From contig CAWDVR010000001.1 of assembly GCA_963805975.1 (NCBI GenBank), positions 512,001 to 576,000 on the forward strand: a DNA stretch of 64,000 nucleotides, in the 5' to 3' direction. How positions within the stretch are numbered: the stretch's first letter is position 1; every line of letters starts with the position of its first letter. Position numbers and translations under genes: made by a program. The notes under the pieces are model-generated. The model ran no database searches, was not told the origin of the DNA, and worked only from the letters and a program-made list of their open reading frames with translations. This stretch comes from an uncultured Acidobacteriota bacterium (GTDB taxonomy: Bacteria; Acidobacteriota; Thermoanaerobaculia; Multivoradales; SZUA-115). Below, piece after piece: positions 24,278-34,512 of the stretch.

Positions 24278-26104
24278 GTGAACGCGCGCGTCCTACTGCG
24301 GCTCCTGGTGCTGCTGGCCCTGGCCGCCTCGGGCTACCTCGTGCTCCGAGGGCTCGTCGGTGGGAGGAGAGAAGCGCCGCCGGTGGTGGCCAGGCTGGAG
24401 CCCGAGGCGTATGGCGAGGTGCTGTCCGCGGCGCGGGCGCGCCTCGAGAGCGGCGGCGGCCCGGCGACGGATCGGCCCCGTCTCGCCGACCGATCGCCGG
24501 CCGGCGATCGGCTGGTGGCCGTGAGCCTGTCGCGGCCGGCGGCGCCGGCGTGGGTCGCCTGGGGCCGTGGGCCGGACCTCGAGGCCGCCCTGACCCGGGC
24601 CGTCACCGACCTCGCACGGCGGAGCCATCCGGCGGCGCGGTCGGCGGGGCGATTGAAGATCGACGTCCTCGTGCGGCTCGATCCCGAGCGGACCTTCGAC
24701 GAGCAGGGCCGGGCGGACATCGAGCTCGGCCTGGACGGGCTCTGGTTGCCTGAAGCCGGCCTTTGGCTGCTGCCCGAGGAGATCTCGAGCCGGCGCCTGG
24801 TGCTGCCGGACGGCGACCTCCAGAGCGGCCGGCTGCGGCGCTACCTGGCGGAGGCTTCACCACCCTCGGGCAGGGTGATGGCCGATCCCGACGCCAACCC
24901 CGGCCGCGCCGGGATGCCGTACGCCACGGCCCGCTTCCTCTCGCTCGCCGAGGTCGAAGGGGGCGGGGTGATCGAGCTCTATCGTGGCAACGCGCTCGCA
25001 CCCGAGGTGGGGCCGGTGGCCCTGCTCGCCGCGGCCCGCGCCGGCGGTGAGTACCTGCTGCGCCATCAGCGCGCCGACGGTTCCTTCGGCTACAGCTATG
25101 AGCCCTGGGACGACGACCATGCGCGGGCCGACAACCTGCTGCGCCAGGCCGGCACCTGCTATTCACTCTTCGAGCTCTACGCTGCGACCGCCGACCGGCG
25201 GTTCCTCGAGGCCGGAGAGCGGGGGGTGGCGTGGCTCCGTACCTCCCTGCGCGCGCCCCGGCCCGAGGACGCGGCGCGAGGCGCGGACTTCGATGCCGTG
25301 GTGTCGCCGGGCGAGGAGGCCAAGCTCGGCGGAGCCGCGCTCCTGATGCTCGCCCTGCTCGAGCGCATCGAAGCCACGGGCGACCGCTCCACGCTGCCGG
25401 AGGTCCGGCGCCTGGGCCGCTTCCTCCTCTTCCAGCAGGACGGCGACGGGCATTTTCGGTCCAAGTACTTCTACGGCAAGCCGGACCCGGTGCCCTTCGA
25501 GTCCGTCTACTACCCGGGCGAGGCGATCCTCGCTCTCACCCGCCTCCACGCGCTGGACGGCAACGGCCCCTGGCTCGCCGCGGCGCGGAAGGCCGCGGAC
25601 TGGCTGATCCTGGTGCGCGACCGAGGCAAGGCGGTCGCCGCTCTGCCGCACGATCACTGGCTCCTGATCGGCCTCAACGAGCTCCACCCGCAGGCTCCCG
25701 AGGCGTATTACCTCGAGCACGCGCGTCGGGTGGGGGAGGCGATCCTCGGCGCCGAGCGTCGGCAGTCACCCCACCCGGACTGGATCGGCAGCTTCTACGA
25801 CCCGCCGCGCTCGACCCCGGCCGCGACCCGCTCCGAGGGCCTGGTGGCGCTCTACCACCTGGCCTCGCGCAACGGCCTCGATCCCGCGCCCTTTCGCGAG
25901 GCCCTGCTGCGCTTGGCGGCCTTCGAGCGCCGCTGCCAGATCGCCCCGGAGAGCGCCCTCTACCTGCCCCGACCCGACCGCGCTCTGGGCGGCTTCCGCC
26001 GCGGCCTCACCGACTGGGAAGTGCGCATCGACTACGTGCAGCACAACCTGTCGGCGTTCCTGGGGCTGAGGGGGATCCTGGCCCTCACGCCCGCCGGCTC
26101 TTGA
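24278..26104 (+). CDS. Membrane-anchored hypothetical protein with predicted (alpha/alpha) barrel
   Basis: N-terminal TM helix; Q..DG.F repeats (HQRADGSF, QQDGDGHF), NLLRQAGT, YYPGEA, C-terminal RIDYVQH; GTG start chosen. Confidence 0.6.
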   Translation: MNARVLLRLLVLLALAASGYLVLRGLVGGRREAPPVVARLEPEAYGEVLSAARARLESGGGPATDRPRLADRSPAGDRLVAVSLSRPAAPAWVAWGRGPDLEAALTRAVTDLARRSHPAARSAGRLKIDVLVRLDPERTFDEQGRADIELGLDGLWLPEAGLWLLPEEISSRRLVLPDGDLQSGRLRRYLAEASPPSGRVMADPDANPGRAGMPYATARFLSLAEVEGGGVIELYRGNALAPEVGPVALLAAARAGGEYLLRHQRADGSFGYSYEPWDDDHARADNLLRQAGTCYSLFELYAATADRRFLEAGERGVAWLRTSLRAPRPEDAARGADFDAVVSPGEEAKLGGAALLMLALLERIEATGDRSTLPEVRRLGRFLLFQQDGDGHFRSKYFYGKPDPVPFESVYYPGEAILALTRLHALDGNGPWLAAARKAADWLILVRDRGKAVAALPHDHWLLIGLNELHPQAPEAYYLEHARRVGEAILGAERRQSPHPDWIGSFYDPPRSTPAATRSEGLVALYHLASRNGLDPAPFREALLRLAAFERRCQIAPESALYLPRPDRALGGFRRGLTDWEVRIDYVQHNLSAFLGLRGILALTPAGS

Positions 26105-26762
26105 GCACGTAGCCCACGCCTTTGAGGGTGTGGAGCAGGGCGCGCTCCTGCTGGCCGTCGATCTTGCGGCGCAGGCGGTGGACGGTGACGTCGACGACGT
26201 TGCTGAAGGAGTCGAAGGAGTCGTCCCATACGTGCTCGACGAGCTCGGCGCGGGAGACCACCTGGTCCACGCGCGAGAGCAGGAACTCGAGGATGGCGAA
26301 CTCCTTGGGCCGCAGCTCGAGCGCTTGGCCGGCCACCTGCACGGTCCGTTGGGCCCGGTCCATCTCGAGATCACCGGCCGAGAGCCGCGGTTGGAGGGGC
26401 TGCTGGCGGCGCCGCAGGAGGCTGCGGACGCGCGCCAGGAGCTCGCCGAACTGGAACGGCTTGGTGAGGTAGTCGTCGGCGCCCGAGTCGAGGCCGCCGA
26501 TCCGCTCGTCGAGGCCTGAGTGGCCGGTGAGCATCAGCACGGGCATGGCGTGGCCCTGCCGGCGCCAGGCGCGCAGCAGCTCGATGCCCGAGGGTGGCGG
26601 GATGCTCCAGTCGAGGATCACTAGGTCGTAGGGATTGATCTCGACCAGCTCGGCGGCCTCGGCACCGGTCGCCGCCGAGTCCACGGCATACGCCTCGGCG
26701 CGCAGCCGCTCGACCAGAGCTTCAGCCAGAACTTCTTCGTCCTCGACCACGAGGAGTCTCAT
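26085..26762 (-). CDS. OmpR-family response regulator (CusR/CzcR-like), divergent from the multicopper oxidase
   Basis: Receiver + GADDYLTKPF + winged helix (KEFAILEFL, SNVVDVTVHRLRRKID, GVGY). Confidence 0.92.
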   Translation of the reverse strand: MRLLVVEDEEVLAEALVERLRAEAYAVDSAATGAEAAELVEINPYDLVILDWSIPPPSGIELLRAWRRQGHAMPVLMLTGHSGLDERIGGLDSGADDYLTKPFQFGELLARVRSLLRRRQQPLQPRLSAGDLEMDRAQRTVQVAGQALELRPKEFAILEFLLSRVDQVVSRAELVEHVWDDSFDSFSNVVDVTVHRLRRKIDGQQERALLHTLKGVGYVLKSRRA

Positions 26763-26789
26763 CGTAGCTGGCGTTGTTCCTGTATAGCC

Positions 26790-26850
26790 TGATAGCTATC
26801 CTATCACTTCTTCGGAGTCTCCAGAACACCCAGGTTTAACGCTCTTGTAA
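26790..26850. promoter_or_regulatory. Candidate operators in the divergent RR/mnxG promoter
   Basis: AT-rich intergenic DNA with inverted repeat TGATAG-N5-CTATCA (26790-26806) and TTTAA/TGTAA at 11-bp spacing (26835, 26846). Confidence 0.4.
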
Positions 26851-26910
26851 GGATGGTTGTCCGAAACTGCCGCCATCCTCCGTCCCCTGAACCAAACTGG
26901 AGAACGACCG

Positions 26911-29900
26911 ATGAGAACCTTGCGACTCTCCCTCCGCCTCGCCGCCTTCGCCGCGGCGCTGGCGCTGCCCCTGACGGGGCAGGAATCGGACCCGATCCCG
27001 GACGCCGAACCGCCGCCGGTGTTCGAAGAGCCGGAAGCTGCCGCCGGCTGCGAGCGGCACGTCTACGCCAACGTCGTGGCGCTCGACCAGGTCTTCTACC
27101 TGAACCGGCTGGGCGCGTTCGAGCCCCAGGGGCAGGTGTACGCCCTGGAGCACGACGTCGTCCACCCGAGCTACAACCAGAACACTTGCACCGGCCCGGC
27201 GCCCTCGGCTGGCAACGCCGTGCTGCGCCGGGACAAACGGCCCCGGCCCCTGGTGCTGCGCATGAACGTGGGCGACTGCCTGCACATCCAGTTCAAGAAC
27301 TGGCTGGCGACCTCGCCTCGGGACGAGGAGCAGCCGCACACGCGCTCCGCCTCGATCCACGTGGTCGGCATGCAGTACGGCACCTCGATCGCGGACGGCG
27401 GCACCAATGTCGGCCTGAACCCGGCGGGCGGCGTGGTCAGCCCGGGCGGCACGGTCAATTACACGCTCTATGGCCAGGCCCCAGGCACCTTCCTGCTCTA
27501 CAACGGCGCGGTGATGGTCTCCGCCGGCGGCGAGGGCGGCACCATCTCGACCGGCCTCTTCGGTGCGGTGAACGTCGAGCCCAGGGGCGCCGAGTGGTAT
27601 CGCAGCCAGGTCACGGCGCACGACCTCCTCCAGGCCAACCTGCCGGTGCCGGACATCAACCCGTTCCCCAAGATCAATTACAACGCGACCTTCTCCGCCG
27701 GCAATGCGCCCTACTGCGGCGCCAACGGCAAGCCGATCCTCGCCATGCTGGGCGCCGGCAACACCACGGTCTACTCGGACCTGACGGCGATCATCACCGG
27801 ACCGAACCGTGGCCCCTTCGCCGCCGGCACCTTCCAGGAGCTCGGGGACATGTACCCCGAGCGCACCAAGCCCTACCGCGAGTTCACCATCATCTTCCAC
27901 GACGAGATCAACGCCGTGCAGGCCTTCCCGCACTTCAACGACGAGGTGCTGGCCCACACGCTGCACAGCGCGCGCGACGCCTTCGCCATCAACTACGGCA
28001 CCGGCGGCGCCGGCGCCGAGGTGCTGGCGAACCGGCTCAAGGTGGGTCCGATGCACCAGTGTGAAGAGTGCCTGTACGAGGAGTTCTTCCTCACCTCGTG
28101 GGCGGTGGGCGACCCGGCGATGGTGGTGGACAAGCCCGCGAACAACAACCTGGTGCGGCAGACGAGCCCCGGCGGCCCCACCATCCAGTGCACCACCCAG
28201 GACATCAAGGACGGCCGCAACTGCTATCCGGCCCAGGCCGGCCCTCAGGCGACCCGCGTCTTCTACCCGGACGACCCCTCGAACGTCTATCACTCCTACC
28301 TGAACGACCACGTCAAGTTCCGCAACCTGCACGCCGGGATCGAGGACCATCACATCTTCCACCTGCACGCCCACCAGTGGGTGCATTCCCCGGAGAGCGA
28401 CAAGTCCGCCTATCACGACAGCCAGTCGATCGGTCAGGGAGTGGGCTGGACCTACGACATCGCCTACAACGGCAGCGGCAACCGCAACCGCACGGTGGGC
28501 GACTCGATCTTCCACTGCCACTTCTACCCGCACTTCGCCCAGGGCATGTGGAGCCTGTGGCGGGTCCACGACGTGCTCGAGACCGGCACCCGGCTCACCA
28601 GCGAGGGCAAGCCCGTCCATTTCACCGACGGGAGCGGCAACGTCTTCGTGACCAACACCCGCGCGCTGCCGGACGGCGAGATCAAGACCGGCACGCCGAT
28701 CCCCGCCGTGGTGCCGATCCCCGGCCAACCGATGGCGCCGCTGCCGGCGCCGGTGCAACTGGTGAACGGCGACATCGGGCCCGCGGTGCCGGCCTCGAAC
28801 CCCGGCTACCCGTTCTTCGTCGCCGGCTCGGCCGGCCGCCGGCCGCCCCACCCGCCGCTCGACACGGCCTGGGACGGCGGCCTGCCGCGGCACGTGGTGA
28901 AGGAGGGCACCGTCGGCCTCGAGGAGCACAACCGACTGAGCTTCGACAAGCACCTCGACCAGATCAAGCCCCGCTGGGTGCCGGAGACCGGCACTCCGAC
29001 CGAGATCCTGGCCATGGACTTCCACTCGGCCGGCTATCACCTGACCGCCACTCCCGAGGGAGCAATGGGCCAGGCCTTCGGCGTCAACCACCGGCCGCCG
29101 GTGGCCGGCGCACCCTTCGCCGACCCCTGCGAGAAGCCGAATTCGTTCTTCGACCCCACGCCGCAGGAGCCGGTGAACTCCAATCGCACGCCGGACCGCA
29201 CCTACAAGGCGGCCAACATCCAGATGGACATGGTGTTCAACAAGGAGGGCTGGCACTACCCGCAGCAGCGCCTGCTGGCGCTGTGGGAGGACGTGATCCC
29301 CACCCTCTACGCCGAACGGGCGCCCGAGCCGCTCTTCATCCGCGCCAACGACGGCGAGTGCATCGAGTACCACCACACCAACCTGGTGCCGAAGACCTAC
29401 GAGGTCGACGACTACGAGGTCCGCACCCCGACCGACGTCATCGGCCAGCACATCCACCTGGTGAAGTTCGACGTCACCTCCTCGGACGGCAGCGGCAACG
29501 GCTTCAACTACGAGGACGGAGCCTTCAGCCCCGAAGAGGTGCAGAGCCGCATCCACGCCATCCGCACCGCCAACGGCTGCGGGCCGGGCGACTTCGATGC
29601 CTACCCCTACACTCAGCCCACCTGCCCGCACCCGCAGGAGCACCCGTTCTTCAAGCCGGAGGGCATCAACGCCAACTGTGACCAGGACTACCCGGACGAC
29701 TGGCTGGGCGCGCAGATCAACATCCAGCGCTGGTGGGCCGACCCGGCCCGCGACCAGAACGGCGTCAGCCGCACGCTGCGCACCGTGTTCACGCACGACC
29801 ATTTCGGCCCCTCGACCCACCAGCAGGTGGGCCTCTACGCCGGCCTGATCATCGAGCCCGCGGGCAGCCGCTGGTACGAGAACGAAGGCGTGGGCCAGCT

Positions 29901-32436
29901 CGGGATCGGCCGCGACGACGGCGGCCCCACGAGCTGGTCGGCGCGTATCGACCCGCCCACGGGCGACGACTTCCGCGAGTTCGCCGTCGAGTTCGCGGAC
30001 TTCCAGCACGCCTACTGGCCGGAGGGCCTGTTCCCGCCGCCCGGCGCCGGCGAGCTGCAGATCACCTGCCCCAACCCCCAGCGCCTGAAGGGCTATCGCG
30101 ACCACGAGGCCTCGATCAACCCGCCGGCGAGAGAAGAGGTGCCGCCGCCGGCCCTCTACCAGAAGATCGACCAGTGCCCGCTCCTCGAGTGCGACCCGGA
30201 TGGCCCCTACCCGGACGTCCTGATCGTCGGCGACAACCTCAAGGCTTCCTGCCCCGAGGCGTTCTCCGCCGCCGACCCCGGTTACGGCGCGGTCAACTAC
30301 CGCACCGAGCCGGTGGCGCTCCGCGTCCGCGACCCCAACACCAACGACCAGGCCGGCGGCATCCCGGGCGACCTGTCCTACGCCTACGTGACCCTCAACA
30401 ACCGCGCCGATACGCTGCTCAACGGCACCTCGAGCCCCTGGGTGCCCTACCCGCCGCTCACCAACGGCCTCTACGACGGCGACCCCTTCACCCCGTTGCT
30501 TCGGGCCTACGAGGCGGACCCGATCAAGGTGCGCGTGCTGGTCGGCGCGCACGAGGAGGAGCACAACTTCAACTTCAGCGGCGTCAAGTGGCTGCAGGAG
30601 CCCGACCATCCCAGCTCCGGCTGGCGCGGCTCGCAGATGGCCGGCATCTCCGAGTGGTTCGACTTCGACGTCAAGCGTGTTCCCCTGCTCGACGGCACCA
30701 CGCGCAAGGCCGCGGACTTCCTCTACCGGCCGAGCGCCAGCAACGACTTCCAGTGGGACGGCCTGTGGGGCCTGATGCGTCTCTACCGCGGCACGAACGC
30801 GACCTCCCACCTGCCGGTCCTGGGCAGCAACCCGGACGGCGCGGGCCCCGATGCAGAAGAGGAGGCGGACATCATCAGCCTGCGCCCGGTCCACGCGCCG
30901 GAGCTCTCGGAAGGCGCGCTCACCGGCCTCTCCCTGAGCAGCGACAAGACCTCGCCCTACACCCCGGACCCGCCCAGCCAGCTCCCGGTCTTCTGCCCCC
31001 CGCACCAGGCTCCGGTGACCTTCGACATCGTGGCCCTCGCGTCCCAGGCCGCGCTGCCGCAGAACACGCTCTTCTACAACAGCCGCGGCACCTCGGTGAG
31101 CTACCTCGCGCCTTCGGGCGGGGTGTGCTCGGAGGTCAGCCTGCCCAGCCCGACACCGCCGCCGCACGCCGGTCCGCTGCACGACCCGACGGCGATCTTC
31201 TTCGCTCACAAGGCGGACGTGAACACAACGACTCGCAGGCTCAAGCCGGGGGTCAACCCGGAGCCGCTCATCCTGCGCGCCAACGCCGGTGACTGCATCC
31301 AGGTGACGTTGACCAACTGGCTGCCCACCAACTACATGGACGCCGACGGCTTCAGCGGCGTGCACATGATCGTCGAGGACTTCAACGCCAACGACGTCGA
31401 CCCGTCGCTCGCCGTGGGCCTGCACCCGGCGCTGGTGACCTACGACCCGCTCTCCGGCGACGGCATGAACGTCGGCATCAACCCGTTCGTCACCGGGCTG
31501 GCCCAGACTGTGACCCCCAACCAGTCGATCACCTACCACTGGTACGCCGGTCACATCTCCAAGACCAGCACCGGGCGGCTCCTCCTGCGTCCGGTGGAGT
31601 ACGGCGCGATCCCGCTCACCTCCTCCGACCCCATCAAGCACTCGATGCGGGGCGCGGTCGGTGCGCTGATCATCGAGCCGATGGACTCGACCTACATCCT
31701 CGACCAGGTCAAGGAGCACAACATCCCGAGCATTCCCTGGCTCAAGACCTACGCCTCGGCGACCATCGTGACCCCCGAGATCAAGTTCCGCGAGTTCGTC
31801 AACGTCTTCCAGGACGACATCAACCTGTTCTACACCGACGGTCTGAGGATCGGTCTGCCGCCTACCTCCTACCCGCCGGTGGGCAACCTCTCCGTGGTGC
31901 AGGACTCGACCGAGTCCGGCCACCGGGCCTTCAACTACCGCACCGAGCCGGTGTGGTTCCGGCACGGCTTCCAGCCGGAGACCCCGCCCGAGCGCACCCG
32001 CCAGTTCACCGACATGCACCAGGTGTTCCTCGACAACTACGTCTCCGCCCGGCCCGAGACCCCGATCTGGGAAGCGGCGCCCGGCGACTCGATCCGTTTC
32101 CGCGTCGTTCACCCGGCCGGCAACACCCAGAACCAGACCTTCGAGGTGCAGGGGCACGTCTGGTACGAGGAGCCGTTCCTGACCTCCGCGATCCCGTCGC
32201 AGGGCATCGGCTACAGCACGGTCTCGAACTGGGAAGGCGTACACAACGGCATCGGCCCCGGCGGGCACTTGCAGTGCCTGCTGCCCAGCGCCGGCGGTGC
32301 CTACCAGATCCAGGGCGAGTACATGTACAAGAGCTACGTGCCCTGGGCGCTCGACGACGGCCTCTGGGGCCTGCTGCAGGTCGACCCGACGCTGCCCCCG
32401 ACCGTGGGCTCTTCGTCGATCGACACCGGCAAGTAG
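26911..32436 (+). CDS. mnxG: Giant multicopper oxidase, MnxG-type putative Mn(II) oxidase
   Basis: About 1840 aa with signal peptide; Cu motifs HHIFHLHAH (28348), HCHFYPHFAQGM (28513), HIH (29449), HDH..H (29794), HEEEH (30550); repeated PL.LR.N.GDC cupredoxin starts; GGAGA before ATG 26911. Confidence 0.8.
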   Translation: MRTLRLSLRLAAFAAALALPLTGQESDPIPDAEPPPVFEEPEAAAGCERHVYANVVALDQVFYLNRLGAFEPQGQVYALEHDVVHPSYNQNTCTGPAPSAGNAVLRRDKRPRPLVLRMNVGDCLHIQFKNWLATSPRDEEQPHTRSASIHVVGMQYGTSIADGGTNVGLNPAGGVVSPGGTVNYTLYGQAPGTFLLYNGAVMVSAGGEGGTISTGLFGAVNVEPRGAEWYRSQVTAHDLLQANLPVPDINPFPKINYNATFSAGNAPYCGANGKPILAMLGAGNTTVYSDLTAIITGPNRGPFAAGTFQELGDMYPERTKPYREFTIIFHDEINAVQAFPHFNDEVLAHTLHSARDAFAINYGTGGAGAEVLANRLKVGPMHQCEECLYEEFFLTSWAVGDPAMVVDKPANNNLVRQTSPGGPTIQCTTQDIKDGRNCYPAQAGPQATRVFYPDDPSNVYHSYLNDHVKFRNLHAGIEDHHIFHLHAHQWVHSPESDKSAYHDSQSIGQGVGWTYDIAYNGSGNRNRTVGDSIFHCHFYPHFAQGMWSLWRVHDVLETGTRLTSEGKPVHFTDGSGNVFVTNTRALPDGEIKTGTPIPAVVPIPGQPMAPLPAPVQLVNGDIGPAVPASNPGYPFFVAGSAGRRPPHPPLDTAWDGGLPRHVVKEGTVGLEEHNRLSFDKHLDQIKPRWVPETGTPTEILAMDFHSAGYHLTATPEGAMGQAFGVNHRPPVAGAPFADPCEKPNSFFDPTPQEPVNSNRTPDRTYKAANIQMDMVFNKEGWHYPQQRLLALWEDVIPTLYAERAPEPLFIRANDGECIEYHHTNLVPKTYEVDDYEVRTPTDVIGQHIHLVKFDVTSSDGSGNGFNYEDGAFSPEEVQSRIHAIRTANGCGPGDFDAYPYTQPTCPHPQEHPFFKPEGINANCDQDYPDDWLGAQINIQRWWADPARDQNGVSRTLRTVFTHDHFGPSTHQQVGLYAGLIIEPAGSRWYENEGVGQLGIGRDDGGPTSWSARIDPPTGDDFREFAVEFADFQHAYWPEGLFPPPGAGELQITCPNPQRLKGYRDHEASINPPAREEVPPPALYQKIDQCPLLECDPDGPYPDVLIVGDNLKASCPEAFSAADPGYGAVNYRTEPVALRVRDPNTNDQAGGIPGDLSYAYVTLNNRADTLLNGTSSPWVPYPPLTNGLYDGDPFTPLLRAYEADPIKVRVLVGAHEEEHNFNFSGVKWLQEPDHPSSGWRGSQMAGISEWFDFDVKRVPLLDGTTRKAADFLYRPSASNDFQWDGLWGLMRLYRGTNATSHLPVLGSNPDGAGPDAEEEADIISLRPVHAPELSEGALTGLSLSSDKTSPYTPDPPSQLPVFCPPHQAPVTFDIVALASQAALPQNTLFYNSRGTSVSYLAPSGGVCSEVSLPSPTPPPHAGPLHDPTAIFFAHKADVNTTTRRLKPGVNPEPLILRANAGDCIQVTLTNWLPTNYMDADGFSGVHMIVEDFNANDVDPSLAVGLHPALVTYDPLSGDGMNVGINPFVTGLAQTVTPNQSITYHWYAGHISKTSTGRLLLRPVEYGAIPLTSSDPIKHSMRGAVGALIIEPMDSTYILDQVKEHNIPSIPWLKTYASATIVTPEIKFREFVNVFQDDINLFYTDGLRIGLPPTSYPPVGNLSVVQDSTESGHRAFNYRTEPVWFRHGFQPETPPERTRQFTDMHQVFLDNYVSARPETPIWEAAPGDSIRFRVVHPAGNTQNQTFEVQGHVWYEEPFLTSAIPSQGIGYSTVSNWEGVHNGIGPGGHLQCLLPSAGGAYQIQGEYMYKSYVPWALDDGLWGLLQVDPTLPPTVGSSSIDTGK

Positions 32437-32454
32437 AAGACAGCGAGATCGACC

Positions 32455-34512
32455 ATGAAACCTACTCTTATCTCTTGGACGTCCCTTGCGGCCCGCCGGC
32501 TGGGTGCCGCCTCGCTCCTCGGAGCGCTGGCGGCGGCCCCGCAGGCGGTTGCCACCTCCCCGGCCGAGGCGACGGCCCCGGCCGGGGGCCTTTCTTCTTC
32601 GACTACCGCTTCTTCGACCCCAGGCAGCGTCCCTTCCGGCCACTACCAGGTGGAGCACTCGGGGCTTCGGGTCGACCTCACCCTCGACTCGCTCGCCGAG
32701 CCGCGCCCCGCCGGCCGGTTCGAGGAGCGCGATCCACTGTCCGTCTCCATCCGGGTCACGGACGCGGCGACCGGCGCCCCGATGGCCGGGCTCTCGCCGG
32801 CCGCCTGGCTGGACCTGATCCCCTCCGCGGCCGATGACGGCCCGCAAGCGTGCAAGCTCAAGCTGCAGAACTTCCTGAGCGGCGCGCTGCTCTCGGCGCC
32901 GGCGGTCTCCCTCAACTCTTTCTACGTGGTGGCGCTCAACTCCGAGCCCTCGCTCACCGTCATCGACCCGCTCTCCGGCTTCGGCGGCTCGAAGCTCCTG
33001 GCGCTGGTGGACCTCTCCTCGCCCGGCGAGGACTGGGTGCTCACCCGCGACGGCGCCTGGCTGTTCGTCTCCCTGCCGGCCTCGGGCCGGGTGGCGGTGG
33101 TCGACACCGCGCGCTTCAAGCTGGTGACCGAGATCGAGACCGGCGGCCGCCCGTCCCGCCTCCTCCTGCAACCGGACGAGGGCTACCTGTGGGTGGCGGA
33201 TGGCTCCACGGCTGCGGGCTCGGGCGTGACGGTGATCGACACCGCACGCCGCACCGTGGTGGGCCGTATCGCCACCGGCGCCGGCCCGCACGACCTCGCC
33301 GTGGCGGGCGACGGGCGGCACGTGTTCGTGACCAACGAGACGGCGGGCACGCTCTCCGTGCTCGAGGTCGATTCGCTGTCCCGCCGCGCCGAGATCGCCA
33401 CCGGGCCACGGCCCGTGGCGCTCGCCTACTCGGCCCTCTCCGGCGCCGTCTACGTGTCGGACGCCGTGGCCGGTACGGTCACCGTGGTCGACGCCGCCCG
33501 CCACCAGGTGGTGGCGCAGATCGAGGCGGAGCCCGGCCTCGGCCAGGTCCGCTTCGCGCCGGACGGCCGCCTGGCCTTCGTGGTCAACCCCGGCGCCGAC
33601 AAGGTCCATATCCTCGACGGCGCCAGCCATCGCCTGGTGCAGACCGCGGAGGTCGAGGACGAGCCGTACCAGGTGAGCTTCACCGACACCCTGGCCTACA
33701 TTCGCCACCGGGCGAGCGAGACGGTGATGATGGTCCCCCTCGCGGCAGTGGGGGAGCCGGGCCGGACAGTGCCCGTGGCGAGCTTCCCGGGCGGCCAGAA
33801 GGCTCCCGGCAGCACGGTTCCCGCGAGCCTCGCTGCCGGCATCGTGCCCGCCGACAAGCCCACGGCCGTGCTGGTCGGCAACCCGCTGGACCGCACCATC
33901 TACTACTACATGGAGGGTTCCGCGGCGCCGATGGGGAGCTTCCAGAACTACGGCCGCGAGCCCCGCGCCGTGCTGGCGGTGGACCGCAGCCTCCGGCAGT
34001 CCGCGGCCGGAGTGTACGAGGCGAAGGCGCGGCTCGCCGGCGCCGGCGTCTACGACCTGGCGCTGTTCGTGGACTCGCCGCGCATCTCCCACTGCTTCCG
34101 CTTCGAGGTCGAGGCCAATCCCGAGCTCGAGCGCCAGCGCCTGGCGGCCCAGGGAGCGCGGGTCGATTTCCTGACCCTGGCGGACGAGGTGGCGGTGGGC
34201 GAACCGGTCGCGGTCCGCTTCCGGTTGAGCGACCCGGTGAGCGGCCTGCCGATGGCGGGCTTGCGGGACGTGGTGGCGCGCGCCTTCCTCGTTCCCGGCA
34301 TCTGGCAGGGACGGCTCCCCGCCGTCGAGATCGCCGCGGGTCTGTACCAGGTGGAGCTGACGCCGGCCGCGGCCGGCTCCTACGTCGTGCAGCTCGAAGC
34401 GCCGTCGGCCCGGCTCACCGTCAACCGCTCGCCGAGCCTGAATTTGCAGGTCGTCGAGCGCGCCCCCGCACAGGCCGCAAAGTCCAACTCCGAGCCGAGG
34501 AGAACGCCATGA
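32455..34512 (+). CDS. YncE/cytochrome cd1-like beta-propeller protein with C-terminal Ig-like (YtkA/FixH-like) domain
   Basis: Signal peptide; repeated YVTN-type blades (VAVVDT, IATGAGPHDLAV..DGRHVFVTN, FAPDGRLAFVVN). Confidence 0.75.
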   Translation: MKPTLISWTSLAARRLGAASLLGALAAAPQAVATSPAEATAPAGGLSSSTTASSTPGSVPSGHYQVEHSGLRVDLTLDSLAEPRPAGRFEERDPLSVSIRVTDAATGAPMAGLSPAAWLDLIPSAADDGPQACKLKLQNFLSGALLSAPAVSLNSFYVVALNSEPSLTVIDPLSGFGGSKLLALVDLSSPGEDWVLTRDGAWLFVSLPASGRVAVVDTARFKLVTEIETGGRPSRLLLQPDEGYLWVADGSTAAGSGVTVIDTARRTVVGRIATGAGPHDLAVAGDGRHVFVTNETAGTLSVLEVDSLSRRAEIATGPRPVALAYSALSGAVYVSDAVAGTVTVVDAARHQVVAQIEAEPGLGQVRFAPDGRLAFVVNPGADKVHILDGASHRLVQTAEVEDEPYQVSFTDTLAYIRHRASETVMMVPLAAVGEPGRTVPVASFPGGQKAPGSTVPASLAAGIVPADKPTAVLVGNPLDRTIYYYMEGSAAPMGSFQNYGREPRAVLAVDRSLRQSAAGVYEAKARLAGAGVYDLALFVDSPRISHCFRFEVEANPELERQRLAAQGARVDFLTLADEVAVGEPVAVRFRLSDPVSGLPMAGLRDVVARAFLVPGIWQGRLPAVEIAAGLYQVELTPAAAGSYVVQLEAPSARLTVNRSPSLNLQVVERAPAQAAKSNSEPRRTP

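Noticed and set aside
26836-34092. 2418-aa minus-strand ORF
   Set aside because: Antisense shadow of the MCO and beta-propeller genes, expected from high-GC codon bias; no recognisable motifs
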